Origin: Octopus vulgaris
Taxonomy: Eukaryota
Assembly: GCA_951406725.2 (NCBI GenBank)
Contig: OX597817.1
Span: 165,416,001-165,480,000 of the forward strand
Length of the DNA: 64,000 nt
Direction: 5' to 3'
Shown here piece after piece: positions 1 through 15,053 of this stretch. The translations under genes were made by a program, and so were the position numbers. Within the stretch, counting starts at the first letter, position 1, and every line of letters starts with the position of its first letter. The notes beneath the pieces are model-generated. The model searched no databases and was not told the origin of the DNA. It saw only the letters and a list, made by a program, of their open reading frames with translations.

Positions 1-20
1 CACACTCACACACATATATG

Positions 21-52
<32 letters not shown>

Positions 53-182
53 TAGTTATAAATATATATGTACGTGTGTGTATATGAATGTATGTACGTT
101 TGTGTATGCGTATGTTTAGATGTACACGACACACGTATGCATGGGTGAATATATACAACTGGTACTACTCAGTAAATGTACA

Positions 183-533
<351 letters not shown>

Positions 534-761
534 TTGCCTGTTTGTCTATCTGCCCCTCTCTCTTTCTATATATATGTGTGTGTATGTGTGTGTGTGTGTG
601 TGTGTTAGTCCATATGTGGGTGGTTCATGAATTTTTCCGCGGGATTCCAAGTTTGAATTCATTAAGCGGTATTTTGGGTATATATATATACATTCATACA
701 TACATACATACATACATACATACATACATACATACATACATACATACACACATATATATGA

Positions 762-1132
762 ATGGCTGTGTGGGAAGAAGCTTCCTTCCTAACCACATGG
801 TTCCGGGTTCACTGTGGGCGAGTGTCTTTTACTATTGCCTCGGGCCGTCCAAAGCCTTGTGAACAGATTTAGTAGACAGGAACTGAAAGAATCCCGTCGT
901 ATATATTAATGTATGTATTTGTGTGTCTGTTTATCGCCCCACCATAGCGTGACAACCAATGTTGGTGCGTTTACGTTCCAGTAATCTAGCGGTTCGGCAA
1001 GAGAGACCGATAGAATGAGTATTAGTCTTACAAAAAATAAATCCTGGAGTCGCTCGTTTGACTAAAGGCAATGTTCCAACATGGCCGCAGTCAAATGACT
1101 GAAACAAGAAATAAAAAAAAAGAATAAAAGAA
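762..1132 (+). mobile_element. SINE type A, diverged copy
   Basis: tggctgtgtgg...ggttccgggttca head and catggccgcagtcaaatgactgaaacaag tail, shared with about 20 other copies in the window. Confidence 0.85.
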
Positions 1133-1159
1133 CATATATTCATACATATATATATATAT

Positions 1160-1262
<103 letters not shown>

Positions 1263-1466
1263 TTACTTTATATAATTAAGGGCTCAGTAAAATAATTTAC
1301 TTTGCCACATACTGAAATTTTTAGAAATAGCAGCCCCCAAAATTTTTTCTTTAGCCATTTCTAGTGCTTTAAGAAGAATCTCCCTGAAAGTGCTTACTCA
1401 AAAATAATTCACGTATATATGGAGGGAAAACAACAAAATATCACAAGTGCAAAGATATATATATAT

Positions 1467-1676
1467 AATCGGTGGACGCACGCAGTCCTCCAGTGGTACC
1501 CGCGTGAGCGGAAAAGACCACCCGGAAGACCTCCACGACGGTGGAGTGACTATTTCAAGAGGACGATTGGGATCACGTGGATGAGAAAGGCGCGATCCAG
1601 AGAGCAGTGGACAGCGTGCTGTGACCAGCGGTGTCAAATGGACGCCTGGCGGACTGGTCGGTCAAAGTGATCAAAG

Positions 1677-1678
<2 letters not shown>
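1467..1678 (+). mobile_element. 5'-truncated RTE-clade LINE 3' end inserted in (TA)n
   Basis: Encodes RWTHAVLQWYPRERKRPPGRPPRRWSD...WMRKARSREQW, a typical RTE ORF C-terminus; stop at 1670, then a short tail repeat. Confidence 0.8.
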
Positions 1679-1714
<36 letters not shown>

Positions 1715-1940
1715 TTAATTAATAAATTTTAGGGTAGCAATAAATTCTAGAAAAATTCTCCGCTACCAGCGGTCAAATGACAAAGAAAAAAAAAAGTCAA
1801 TAGACTATATAATATACATTCAAACATATAAGGGATGGCTATAATAGGACATCCGACTCACTAGAAAGAGCAGCTAAACTCCAAACCATTAATAGTTGTA
1901 ATTCTGAAATGGAAAGAGAAATAAAAATGTTTACCTCTCG

Positions 1941-2033
1941 TTTCTGGACTATGCATAGTTTCGGCAATCTTTCGTAAATAAATAAAATAAAATAAAATTT
2001 ATTTAACACTGGAGTTGCACTCATTAGCAGAAA
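1941..2033 (-). ncRNA. Type-I hammerhead-like motif with core mutation
   Basis: Minus strand: tttctg-CTAATGA-gtgcaa...ttgcc-GAAAC-tatgcata-GTC-cagaaa; perfect 6-bp stem I, palindromic stem III, CTGA>CTAA. Confidence 0.7.
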
Positions 2034-2459
2034 AGCCAAGGACTACCATATATTCACAAGGCGATAACGAGCATGCCTCGAGTCTATATGCTATAGACTT
2101 TCAAAATCAACCGCATTTGCGCGGTTCTCTCAGCAGTAAATATAAACTGCCGATTTAATTTCAAAATTAGCCAAAAAAATCATTAATTAATAGATTTTCA
2201 GAATTAATTTACGCAGAGCTATTCATCGTTTAAATCATGGTTCGTTTTGTTCTCTTCCTTTATGATCATCTTATAATCATCTCATAATAATGACCTTTAT
2301 GACTCGTATTACTACCTCAGTCAATCTAAATGTATATATTTGTCACTACCTGTCATAAATAGCCTTTTTCTATTTGCAATGTGCATTTTCGTTGATTTTT
2401 CATATTTTGACTCTTACATTTCCACGTGTATTTTATATTTTATTTTCGTAACATATTTC

Positions 2460-2530
<71 letters not shown>

Positions 2531-2763
2531 TATATCCAAGCTGATATCGCTCATCTGTTCTGGTATAATCCAAGTTATGGCTTACCGAATCGAATGGTGA
2601 TGAATAATTCGACGGAAACATTCCCAATGTATTTCATCCGATGGGTAAAGCCTGGGTTCGCTTCGTTGAATTATAAACCGTTTACAGAGTGTATATCTAA
2701 CACAATTCAAATAAATAAGGAGAATAATATATCTGCGCAGTTTTTATTATTACAACTAATTAT

Positions 2764-3020
2764 AAAGGCGGCGAGCAAGTAGAGTCGTTAGAATACCGGG
2801 CGAAATGCTTAGCGGCATTTCGTCCACCCTGACATTTTGAGTTCAAATTCCGCCGAGGTCGACTTTAGTTTTCATCCTTCCGGGGTCGATACTTTAAGTA
2901 CCAGTGAAAGACTGGGGTCAATGTAATCAACTAGTCCCTTCCCCACCAAATTTCAGCCCTTGTGCCTAAAGTCTCTTCCCCACCAAATTCCAGGACTTGT
3001 GCCTATAGTCTACTAAGGAT
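2764..3020 (+). mobile_element. SINE type B
   Basis: aaggcggcgagc head, gagttcaaattc B box, gccgaggtcgacttt...catccttccggggtcgat central domain. Confidence 0.85.
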
Positions 3021-3542
3021 TGTTACAGTCAATTATACGGCAAATTTAATTTAAATCTCTGTGCGACATAAATTTCTGCTGCATGGAAAGCTTGCAATGT
3101 GCTTTACATTTGCATTCAGTTCGTTGATCTGGTTAAGAACCTGTGCAACTTTGTCCAAGGTGTTGCCATTAATATAGTTTGAAGCGAACTGAACTATGAT
3201 GTTTTAGATAGTATAACATTTAGCTGGACGCGATAGTTTTTGAGTGTACAGAATGCAAGAATAGTTAGTAACCTGATATGGCTATAAAATCTGTTATCAG
3301 ATTGACCCTATGATGACCCTATGGTTTAAATTTCGAATCATGAATGCTAGATCCTAAACTAGGTCAGAATATATTTCATCCACTAGCCTTAAGCGAAATG
3401 AATAGGAATAACTTTCTGTGATAGATGTATGCAATTAAGGGTCACTAAGTCAAATATAATTCTGAAATATAAGATATGTGAAATTCACTTGTAAGGCAAG
3501 TGTACTGTACGCAATATGTTAGAATAACTTCCACCTAAAGTA

Positions 3543-3642
3543 NNNNNNNNNNNNNNNNNNNNNNNNNNNNNNNNNNNNNNNNNNNNNNNNNNNNNNNNNN
3601 NNNNNNNNNNNNNNNNNNNNNNNNNNNNNNNNNNNNNNNNNN
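3543..3642. other. Assembly gap (100 N)
   Basis: Run of N. Confidence 1.
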
Positions 3643-3916
3643 TGTGTTTATTCTCTCCCTGCCTGAGGTTACCGTGGTCTTTTTCGTAGGCTTTTCTTTT
3701 CGCGGATAAACCTAATCTTGCTTTTTACATTTTAAAAATTCTTCTGTGGTACACGATCCTTTTTGATCGTCTTTTTTTCGATCCTGTTTGATCGGAATTT
3801 TACCTTTTTTTCTCATTTCTTTTCCCTTTTAGTTTTTCCTTTTCGAAAAGAAAATCTCTACATTTGTATTTGTCCCCGTTGTGTTCAGCCCTGTATAACC
3901 AATAAAGGAAGTTACA

Positions 3917-3917
<1 letters not shown>

Positions 3918-3998
<81 letters not shown>

Positions 3999-4070
3999 CC
4001 TACCTACCTACCTATGTATGTATGTATGTATGTATGTATGTATGTATGTATGTATGTATGTATGTATGTA
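3918..4070. repeat. (TATC)n-(TACC)n-(TATG)n compound microsatellite
   Basis: Visible tandem repeat. Confidence 0.98.
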
Positions 4071-4437
4071 TGTGTTAGTGTATAAAGGATATAAAAGCTG
4101 TGTTGTGAGTAAACAGAATTTAGATTTGTGTAAATATAGTTGAGAGATAGTTGACCTGTGAAAAAAACTGTTTTCACAGCGGTTTGCCGTTGAGAAAAAT
4201 TCTTGCGTTAGGTAATAAGTGTTAAAAGTACCAACAGTCATTTTACTGCGCCCGTTGACTTTCACCAACACCAGGTAACACAAGAGAAGCAGCTCTGGAA
4301 ATCTTTGCTTTCTAATAAAATATCGACCTGTGAAAACGTTTTTTTTCACAGGTCAACTATCTCTCAACTATATTTACACAAATCTAAATTCTGTTTACTC
4401 ACAACACAGCTTTTATATCTTTTTATACACTAACACA
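4071..4437. repeat. Fold-back element with near-perfect ~97-bp inverted arms
   Basis: 4071-4167 is the reverse complement of 4340-4437 with about 2 differences; continued by (TATG)n on the left and (CATA)n on the right. Confidence 0.95.
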
Positions 4438-4533
4438 TACATACATACATTCATACATACATACATACATACATACATACATACATACATACATACATAC
4501 ACACACACATACATACATACATACATACATACA

Positions 4534-4609
<76 letters not shown>

Positions 4610-4681
4610 CACACACACTTGAAAATAGATGCGTGGCGTTCATTCAGATAATAATATAAATAATACGTATATGCATATATA

Positions 4682-4791
<110 letters not shown>

Positions 4792-4898
4792 ATCGAAGGC
4801 AGCATATTCTTTGTCTATCTCCTTACCTTTTTGGAGATCTTAGGTAAAATTATACTAATATGTCCATCTGTTTTAATTTGATTAAATCCTATGTCTTT

Positions 4899-4967
4899 AT
4901 GCAGCTGAGGATTGCTCTGCATTTAAAATTGATCTAATGGTTGCATTTTTCAACGGTCGTACTGCAT
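4899..4967 (+). ncRNA. Degenerate hammerhead-like motif (GAAA box lost)
   Basis: atgcag-CTGAGGA-ttg...caa-cggtc-GTA-ctgcat; perfect 6-bp stem I; lies in a ~200-bp island between (TA)n tracts. Confidence 0.5.
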
Positions 4968-4995
4968 TGCATCTGGCTTTCCTTGTTGCTTATTT

Positions 4996-5038
<43 letters not shown>

Positions 5039-5046
5039 CATATAGT

Positions 5047-5141
<95 letters not shown>

Positions 5142-5689
5142 CGGTATATAGGTATGTATACGTAGAAGCGAAAACTTTATTTCGTGTTAATGAAACAATA
5201 CTTCCGACTTGGATGTCTTTCTAAATTTCCTACATGCCAACAGAATAACCATTTGTTTCTGCATTTGCTATAATCTTTTACTCCACTAAGCCCTCTCCCC
5301 CACGTTTCTCTTCCTCCCTCCATCTGTCTATCCCTTTCAAAAAAAAAAAAAAAAATGAATGAGTAGATAGATAAATAAATAAATAAGATAAAAAAAACAG
5401 GAACATATGTTTGTCTTTCACGTGGAGAAATATTGCAATCAGGAAAAAATAGCAAGTGAATATTTCATAAACAAAAATAAGTTCTCGCAAAATGAAGAGC
5501 AGTTGATTTACTGCGCACTGTGATCTGCAAAACGATTAATGTTTCATCAGAGAAGTTAGCTGATACTGCATTCGTAAATCGGTACGAAGCTATTGCTGTA
5601 TTAAATAATAGTTTCACACCTCTTTAGTGCCAACTCACTTATAGATTGAGAAACTGCAACGACTGTAACAGCTGCCGTAGAACAAAAAA

Positions 5690-6830
<1,141 letters not shown>

Positions 6831-6842
6831 GTATATATAATA

Positions 6843-7102
6843 AAGGGTAAAGACCCCCTTCGGTCATGAATGACCATGGGATTGCACCTAGAAAGTTACC
6901 CTCCTAGACACAAGTCCGGGCAAGGTTGTTTATGGAAGACCAGCAGTCGCCCATGCATACCAGCCTCCCCTCTCCACGCCACCAGTGTTATCCAAGGGAA
7001 AGGCAACGGCTGATACAGCTTGGCACCTGTGACGTCGCAACTCATTTCTACAGCTGAGTGAACTGGAGCAACGTGAAATAAAGTGCCTTGCTCAAGAACA
7101 CA
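6843..7102 (-). mobile_element. SINE type D, 5'-truncated
   Basis: Reverse complement of the body and tail of the full copy at 50406-50758. Confidence 0.9.
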
Positions 7103-7490
7103 TATATATAATATATACACAATATACATACGTACAAACACGTATATTGTTTTTCTTTAACTAACTTATTAACAGAGCTAAACTCTTTATTAAAACTGTT
7201 TAAACAATTCTCTTCGAGCCACCCCTATATCTAAAACAACACACAATGAACAATAGACGTTAAAATTAGGGAGAGGGGATATACAAGAAACAATAACAAT
7301 AGAAATGTCCCTACCCCGATCAGAACCGGAAGCAACAAGAACAACAACAAAAACACCATATACAAAGAACATCCATTAGATTATACATAAAAGTGTTTGT
7401 CAAATCTTAGAATACGACAGACTATTAAACTTCTCTGTCAGCAGTGGTGAATATGTCAGACGTTGGGATAACAAGATACAATAGGAGCAC

Positions 7491-7563
<73 letters not shown>

Positions 7564-7618
7564 GGTGGTGGTGGTGGTGGTGGTGGTGGTGGTGGTGGTG
7601 GTTGTAGTAGTAGTAGTA

Positions 7619-7666
<48 letters not shown>

Positions 7667-7785
7667 GCTGCTGCTACCACCACAGCCACCACCATCATCA
7701 TCGTCATCGTCGTCATCGTCGTCGTCATCATCATCATCATCATCATCATCATCGTTGTCGTCGTCGTCGTCGTCATCGTCATTGT
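7491..7785. repeat. Mosaic trinucleotide array (TAG/TGG/TAC/CAT/CGT)
   Basis: Visible tandem repeat. Confidence 0.95.
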
Positions 7786-8959
7786 CCTCTTCTTCCCCCT
7801 CATTATAGCCATCACCAGTACTATAAGGTGATCGTAGCTTTCTCTGCCAAAACAACAATGAAAACCCCATTCTCTGACGCTAATTCTCAGAAATTGGTCA
7901 AATGGGGAAATTTATTTCCGTGGTTGTTTTTCTGCTGTCGACATTGTTTTTTTTGTTGTTTAATCTTTAGTCATCTTCTCTCGAGGTAATCCCGTGTTAC
8001 GCCTTCACCAGATGATCTCCTGTCACAAGTCTACAGGCTCATTAAACCAGAGCTTATTTCACTTTCAATAGTATATTAGCGACCGGTAGCTAAATACACA
8101 CACCTAAACAGAGATCAATCCATCACTGAGTTATTCTCCCTGCTACAGTTGATACTCATTTTCAGCTTGTTGTACTGGGTGTACAGCTGACACATAGCAA
8201 AAATATTCAGTCATTTGGGCACTAGTGCTTCAGAAAACTGATACTCATTTCGTGTACAGAGCACAAAACGAACTGTTTCGTCAGACACCAAGTAAACAGA
8301 TACAGTCGCAAATTGGAGCCAGTCCTTGCGCAGGTAAAAAAAAAAGAGAGTGAAAACGAAAGCTTGCATGGTACGGTCATGTGTCCTGTCACAACTATGC
8401 GTCCAAAACAATTTTTAAAGGCACAGTTCAGGGAGGGCGAAAGGGAAGCAGATGGAGAAAATCCTAGTTTGTCAGCATCAAGGACTGGACAGATCAAAAC
8501 ACTGCAAACCTGCTATGCATGGCAGAGGACAAAGACCAGTGGCGACAGTTGGCTGCAAAATGAGGGGTTTTGCTAAAAAAGAAAAAAAAATGAAAATGAA
8601 TGAATTTAAGTGCTAGCGGATCGTGACCACGACTTCTACAGTAATGCGTCCAGCACCGTAGCAACAATGCCAGGTGCCTTTATATCCCCCTTGAAGATAG
8701 ATGCATTGTATTACGGCTGATATGGTGCTAAAAAAAATAATGTTTTCACTTGATACTAGTATCAATTATATTTATATTCACAGCTTTGTGGTTTTGTAAG
8801 CATATTCAGTCGACACCAGTACTTGATTGATTATATATTTTATGGACCTCAACAAAAATCTTAAGCTCGTTAAGACTTGAACTTAGAACGTAAAAAGGGT
8901 GGGAAAAAGTGCCGCAGACGTTTTGTGCACCACTCCACCGATTCTAATAGTAATAGATA

Positions 8960-9452
8960 TCGATTTCAAATTTTGACACAAGGCTAGCAATTTTGGAGGA
9001 AGGATTAAGTCTATTACATCGACCCCAGTGTCAACTGGTACTTATTTTATCGACACCGAAAGAAGGAAAGGCAAAGTCGACCTTGACGGAATTTGATCTC
9101 AGAACGTAAGGATGGACAAAATGCTGTTAACCATTTTTCCCAGCATGCTAACGATTCTGCTAGGTCACCGCCTTTATAGTAACAGATATTATCAATAATT
9201 TTTCTAAGATCAGTTCAAGTCAATGATAAATAATAATTACGGTTTCGAAGTTTAGAACAAGCCTAGCAGTTTAAGTGGAGGGCGCAAGTCGATTACATCA
9301 ACCCCAGAGCTCAACTAACATTCTATTATTGATCCCGAAAGGATGAATGGTAAAGTGGACCTCGGGGAATTTAAACACAGAAAGTAAAGTCGGAAGAACT
9401 GCCACTAAGCATTTTGCCCTAATCTCTAACGATTCTGCCAGCTCGGTGCCTT
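8960..9452 (-). mobile_element. Two diverged SINE B copies
   Basis: Homology to B consensus (ggcaaagtcgacc, acgattctgccagctcg). Confidence 0.8.
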
Positions 9453-9565
9453 AAAAATAAATATTAATAAAAAAAAAAGAAATAGGCAGGATTAGACAAT
9501 GTAGTCTGGGCCGCAGTGTACTCTTTCTGATTGTCGAAGCACTGAATATCATGGACGTTCTATGC

Positions 9566-9910
9566 CAGCGATTTCCAACCGGGGTCCATGATGCCCCTGA
9601 GGGTCCGTATAAGATTTTTTGGGGTCCATACAACAAAATGGTAAACTGGGGATCTACAATAGTATTTTTAGGGCCCCCGAAAAAATGTTGCTTCAGAAGT
9701 GTGTATTGGTATGTATCGCAAGAAACGGGTTTCTTTCTCTAGCATTTAACGTAGTTCAACCTACGCAAGTTAATGTGCGAAATACCAAATAAGAATTTTG
9801 AAAGAAATATCTATAAAACTCGTTTGCAAACATCGCTTGGTTGTGAGGTGCTCCAGAATGAAATAGCAATTAAAAGTATCCTTAGATAAAAAGTGGTTGA
9901 AAGCCCCTTA
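9566..9910. mobile_element. hAT-like MITE
   Basis: Ends cagcgatttccaacc / ggttgaaagcccct resemble cagtggttctcaacc-type TIRs; a related copy lies at ~52090-52740. Confidence 0.55.
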
Positions 9911-10679
9911 TGCCAAAATCTAAAGATACATAACTTTCCTTAGAAATAAGGAGATAGTCATGATTATCGTCTTGTGATATACAGAACACAATGTGAAGCG
10001 AAGCTATTATGCTAAACACACAAATCATAAGTGTCAGTGATATTTTCCATTGGTTCGTAGTCGATATATCGGTAATATGTGAATTGTGGTCCTTAATGCT
10101 TTCGTTTTGAGTATTAGGAATAGTGTAGTCGATATCAGTTTTGAAATTCGGGGATCAACGGTATACAAATAACGAAATACATTTTTTTTCGCTAATGCTT
10201 TACCATAGCATCAATCTGATATATAACAATAATGCAACAGACAGAATACCTATAAAAAAAAGAACAATTTGATTTCAAATTTTGGCACAAGGCCAGTAAT
10301 CATGGCGAAAGTTTCTCTCTCCACCATTCGATCGCCACAAACATAATCGTTATCACCTTTACAATCTGTCATTAGCTCCACTAATACTATCCTCTCCGCC
10401 TTAATAACATCTCACCAATTATAAATTTACTATTATAAATTTACTACCGCTACTCATTTTACCGACCCCGAAAGTATGAAAGGCAAAGTAAACCTCGGCG
10501 GGATTCGAACACAACGTAAAGACAGACGATATGCCGCTAAGCATTTTGCCCGGCGTGCTCACGATTCTGCCAGCTCGCCGCCTTAAAAAGCAATTTAAAG
10601 ATGATAATTTACAGTAATTCTGAGATTCACATCACTGGCATAGGCTGCAATATTTTCAGGCCCCAACATTTTTATCATC

Positions 10680-11041
10680 GTTATCCTTTTTCTTCTTCTC
10701 CTCCTCCTTCTGCTCGTCATCGTCGTCATCCTCTTCCATTCTCATCCTCATCACCATTACCATTCCCATCATTCACCCATCAGCATCACCACCACTATCG
10801 TCAAGAAGTGGAGGTGATGGTGGTAGTAGCGGTGGTAGTTGTAGAGGTGGTGATGATGGTGGTAGGGTGGTAGTGGTGGTGGTAGTAGTGGTGGTAGTTG
10901 TAGTGGTGGTGATGGTAGTGGTGATGATATTGGTAGGGGTGGTAGTGGCGGTGGTGGTGGTGGTGGTGGTGGTGGTGGTGGTGGTGGTGGTGGTGGTGGT
11001 GGTGGTGGTAGAAGTGGTAGTGCTGTTACAGCTGCTGTTGC

Positions 11042-11075
<34 letters not shown>

Positions 11076-11110
11076 ACTGCCACTGCTGCTGCTGATGATG
11101 ATAATAATGA
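10680..11110. repeat. Low-complexity trinucleotide mosaic (CAT/GGT/GCT)
   Basis: Visible tandem repeat. Confidence 0.9.
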
Positions 11111-11716
11111 CCTGTGTCTGTGGTGAAACGAAAGACTAGAAATCGTATCTCTCTCTCTCTACGAAACAATACAAAAGCAGAGAAAGAAAAAAACAAAAAA
11201 AAAACACAAATACACAACAAACAAACAAATAAATAAAAATACAATGTCTGAAGTGTTGAGATAGACCAAACAAGACTGTTAGTGGAGCCAAGCTTCTATC
11301 ATACACATCGCCATCGTGTCATTTTCTACTAAGTTTATCTCAGTTTTCGCCTTTTTGTCTTCGCAGTTTCGGCGCTTAATTTAGATTAGCAAGTCTCATC
11401 TATATAGAGCAGATGGCTCAGCTAACCGCCCGATGGTGTTCTGCTGGCTTGCTGGCTTTCGTTAAAAGCAATTTATGAGAACTGTTAAGCCTTCTAAAAC
11501 TCTGCTACGTTCTCCATTTTCATGTTGGATTTCGTTAATGATGTCGACTTAGCATCGATGGTATTGAGTAAAGAAAGCCATTTGGATAACGGAAAAAGCT
11601 ATGTACTTAGGTGGAGGTTAATACATCCATTTACACCTGGTGATCTTCTTCTTATCTTTGAGCCTTGTTTGTTTCTCTTGTATATAATGTTATATCATAA
11701 TATTTATGGTGGTGGA

Positions 11717-12050
11717 AGGCGGCGAGCTGGCAGAATCGTTAGCACGGCTGCCGTTACGTTGTGAGTTCAAATTCCACCGAGGTCAACTTTGCCTTTCATC
11801 CTTTCGGGGTCAATAAATTAAGTACCAGTTACACATTGGGGTCGATGTAATTGACTTAATACCTATGCCTGTCCTTGTTTGTCCCTTATATGTTTAGCCC
11901 CTTGTGGGTAGTAAAGAAATAGGTATTTCGTCTGCTTTTACGTTCTGAGTTCAAATTCCGCCGAGGACGACTTTGCCTTTCATCCTTTCGGGGTCGATTA
12001 AATAAGTACCAGTTACGCACTAGGGTCGATACAATCGACTTCATCCGTTT
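11717..12050 (+). mobile_element. SINE B with a tandem second unit
   Basis: Head followed by two central domains joined through gaaataggtatttcgtc. Confidence 0.9.
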
Positions 12051-12528
<478 letters not shown>

Positions 12529-12603
12529 ATACATTTGCGTTGTTTCTTCGCTTCGTCGTCTCTACTGCCACAGCTTTTGTGTCACTAAAAGTGCAAGATT
12601 AAT

Positions 12604-12830
12604 ACCTATTTCTTTATTACCCACAAGGGGCTAAACATAGAGGGGACAAACAAGGACAGACATAGGTATGAAGTCGATTACACCGACCCCAGTGCGTAAC
12701 TGGTACTTAATTTATCGACCCCGAAAGGATGAAAGGCAAAGTCGACCTCGGCGGAATTCGAACTCACAAGGTAACGGCAGACGAAATACGGCTACGCATT
12801 TCGCACGGCGTGCTAACGTTTCTGCCAGCT
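12604..12830 (-). mobile_element. SINE B
   Basis: Homology to B consensus. Confidence 0.9.
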
Positions 12831-12849
12831 TTAATACCATCTCAACCCA

Positions 12850-13510
12850 GCTCTAGACAATGTTTCCGTTTGTCGCCTGTTGTCCTACAATCCATTTGCT
12901 GTCCCATCACATTGATTGCAGACAAGTTCCCCGAAGCTATGATGGTCATTGGGTGTGTCTCCTGTGAGGGTGATGTCATGTGAACCCACATCTTTGAACA
13001 GAGTCTTAAGCTCAATTCAGACGGCAATGTGAATTTGCTGGAGACTGTAGTGAAACGCTGGCTAGAGAGTGTTGGTGCTGGAAAACCACATGTACGACAA
13101 CACGAATTGGCTCCTTGTCATGCCTCTGGATCGAATCAGAAATAGTTGTCAGAGAATTTCTACAACTTTATCGTCCCAATTTCTGGCGTCCAAATTGTCT
13201 TAATTGTAATTCCCTGGATTACTATGTGTGGGGCGCTGTTGAGAAAGGCACCAAACTTTCTTCCAGCAAACAAGCAGTGCCGAGCTGGTAACCCAAGATT
13301 GAGGAGATGTTCGCAAACCTTCTCAGGTCCCGGAGCCGTCTTAAGGCCGAGGTAGAATTTGAAGGCGGTTACTTTGAGTAAAATGTTATTTCCCAACTAT
13401 AATCTAGTTGATATTTTTATATTTTTCAAAATACTATTACTTTGGATAGGATATTGTGCTTTTTTTTTTTTTTCTCCTTTTATGCAAACTGTTAAATTTA
13501 GCCCGAAAAT
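12850..13510 (+). pseudogene. Decayed Tc1/mariner-superfamily transposase (DD37D/maT-like)
   Basis: Pieces MVIGCVSCEGDVM, LAPCHASGSNQK*LSENFYNF and NCNSLDYYVWGAVE resemble the QQDSAPCH...WPPNSPDxNPLDYxVW motifs; stops and frameshifts. Confidence 0.75.
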
Positions 13511-14591
13511 AATATGTGCACATACATATACATGCAATTAAAAAAGTACGTTGTCAGCAAAAGTACAACTTTGAAAGTTTTAGACAGAACAAAGAAAAAA
13601 AAAACACAGATTTTATCGATGTATTATGATATCAATGCTAAACTTCCTGTTTTCAAATATTTTATACTATATTACATTAGATTCCATATCCCTTTGAGCA
13701 ATCAATTACAGGAGTCTTAGCTGCATATGTTACCAATTGTAACTGCAACATGCGAAATCCAGTTTTTCACTTCTAGGTTTTCATGTCTCGTACACAGCAG
13801 AAATACAGAAATATATATATGTATGAGTGTGTGTGTGGATGTGGATGTGCGTGTGTGTGTTTGTATTTATGTACACGCAGTATTTTGATATGAGCTATAA
13901 TAGTTTCATGCTGTGGAAACACAATAATTCAGCATAATTATATATCGTGCCTTGTGTTTCTTAGCAATCCTTCGGGCTCGAAACTATTAGAAGCTCATAT
14001 TTAAATACTGTGTATATTAGATTGATATTCCCCCTCTCACTAGATGGTGTACATTTTTGTTGATCCTAACGGAACAACAAACTATACAACACACACACAC
14101 ACGTAATTATTTGCTGTCTATTGTTATTTATAAAGTATGAGAATAATTACTATAAGACGAGAGAGAGAGAGAGAGGGAGAGAGAGAGAGAGAGAGAGAGT
14201 GAATGTTCTCAAGGGAAGAGAACCGTTTCAGGATTTATCTATCTGCTTCTCTCTTCCTCTCTCTGCCTCTGTCTCTCTCTCTCTGTATATATATACATAC
14301 AGAAATGTGTAATGGTGTCTGTCTGTGCGTGTTTGGGGGTCACTCTAACTCCTCCCTCACTGTCCTACCGATTTTAATGATATATCACTCTCAACGGGTC
14401 ACGGTACACCCAAAAGTTTGATTGCGATTTCAGACGGCCCAGTATGTAGGAGTATGTCGAAAGAGTTAACCGGGTAAAATCCCTGCCTAACGAGAAACTG
14501 GTAATAGTTGGCACAGGGAACGTAGAAGATTTCAGTACAATGTCAGAGGTGGGTTTAGCTTCAACACCGAAAACACGAACAGCGCCGGGTC

Positions 14592-14670
<79 letters not shown>

Positions 14671-14671
14671 C

Positions 14672-15053
14672 AGGCGCAGGCGTGGCTGTGTGAAAAGAAA
14701 CTTGCTTTCCAATCACATGGTTCCGGGTTCAGTCCCATTAGGTGGCACCTTAGACAAGCGTCTTCTACTATAGCCTCGAACCGACAAGGTCCTTGTGAGT
14801 GGATTTGGTAGAGGGAAACTGAAAGATATGAATACGCATATATCTGTGTGTCTGTATTTGTCCACCCACCATCACTTGACAACCGATGATGGTGTATTTA
14901 CGTGTACGTAACTTAGTGGTTCGGCAAAAGGGCCAGAGATAATATGCATAAAGGTTACAAAGAATAAGTCCCCGGGGTTGATTTGTTCGACTAAAGGCGG
15001 TGCTCCAGCATGGCCGCAGTCAAATGACTGAAATAAGTAAGAGAATAAAAGAA
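14672..15053 (+). mobile_element. SINE A, full length
   Basis: Complete head to tail. Confidence 0.9.

Noticed and set aside
7444-7989. Poly-S/G/Y/H ORF, and similar homopolymer ORFs at 5639-6385 and 10601-11139
   Set aside because: Trinucleotide mosaics open in many frames, with no domain or splice support
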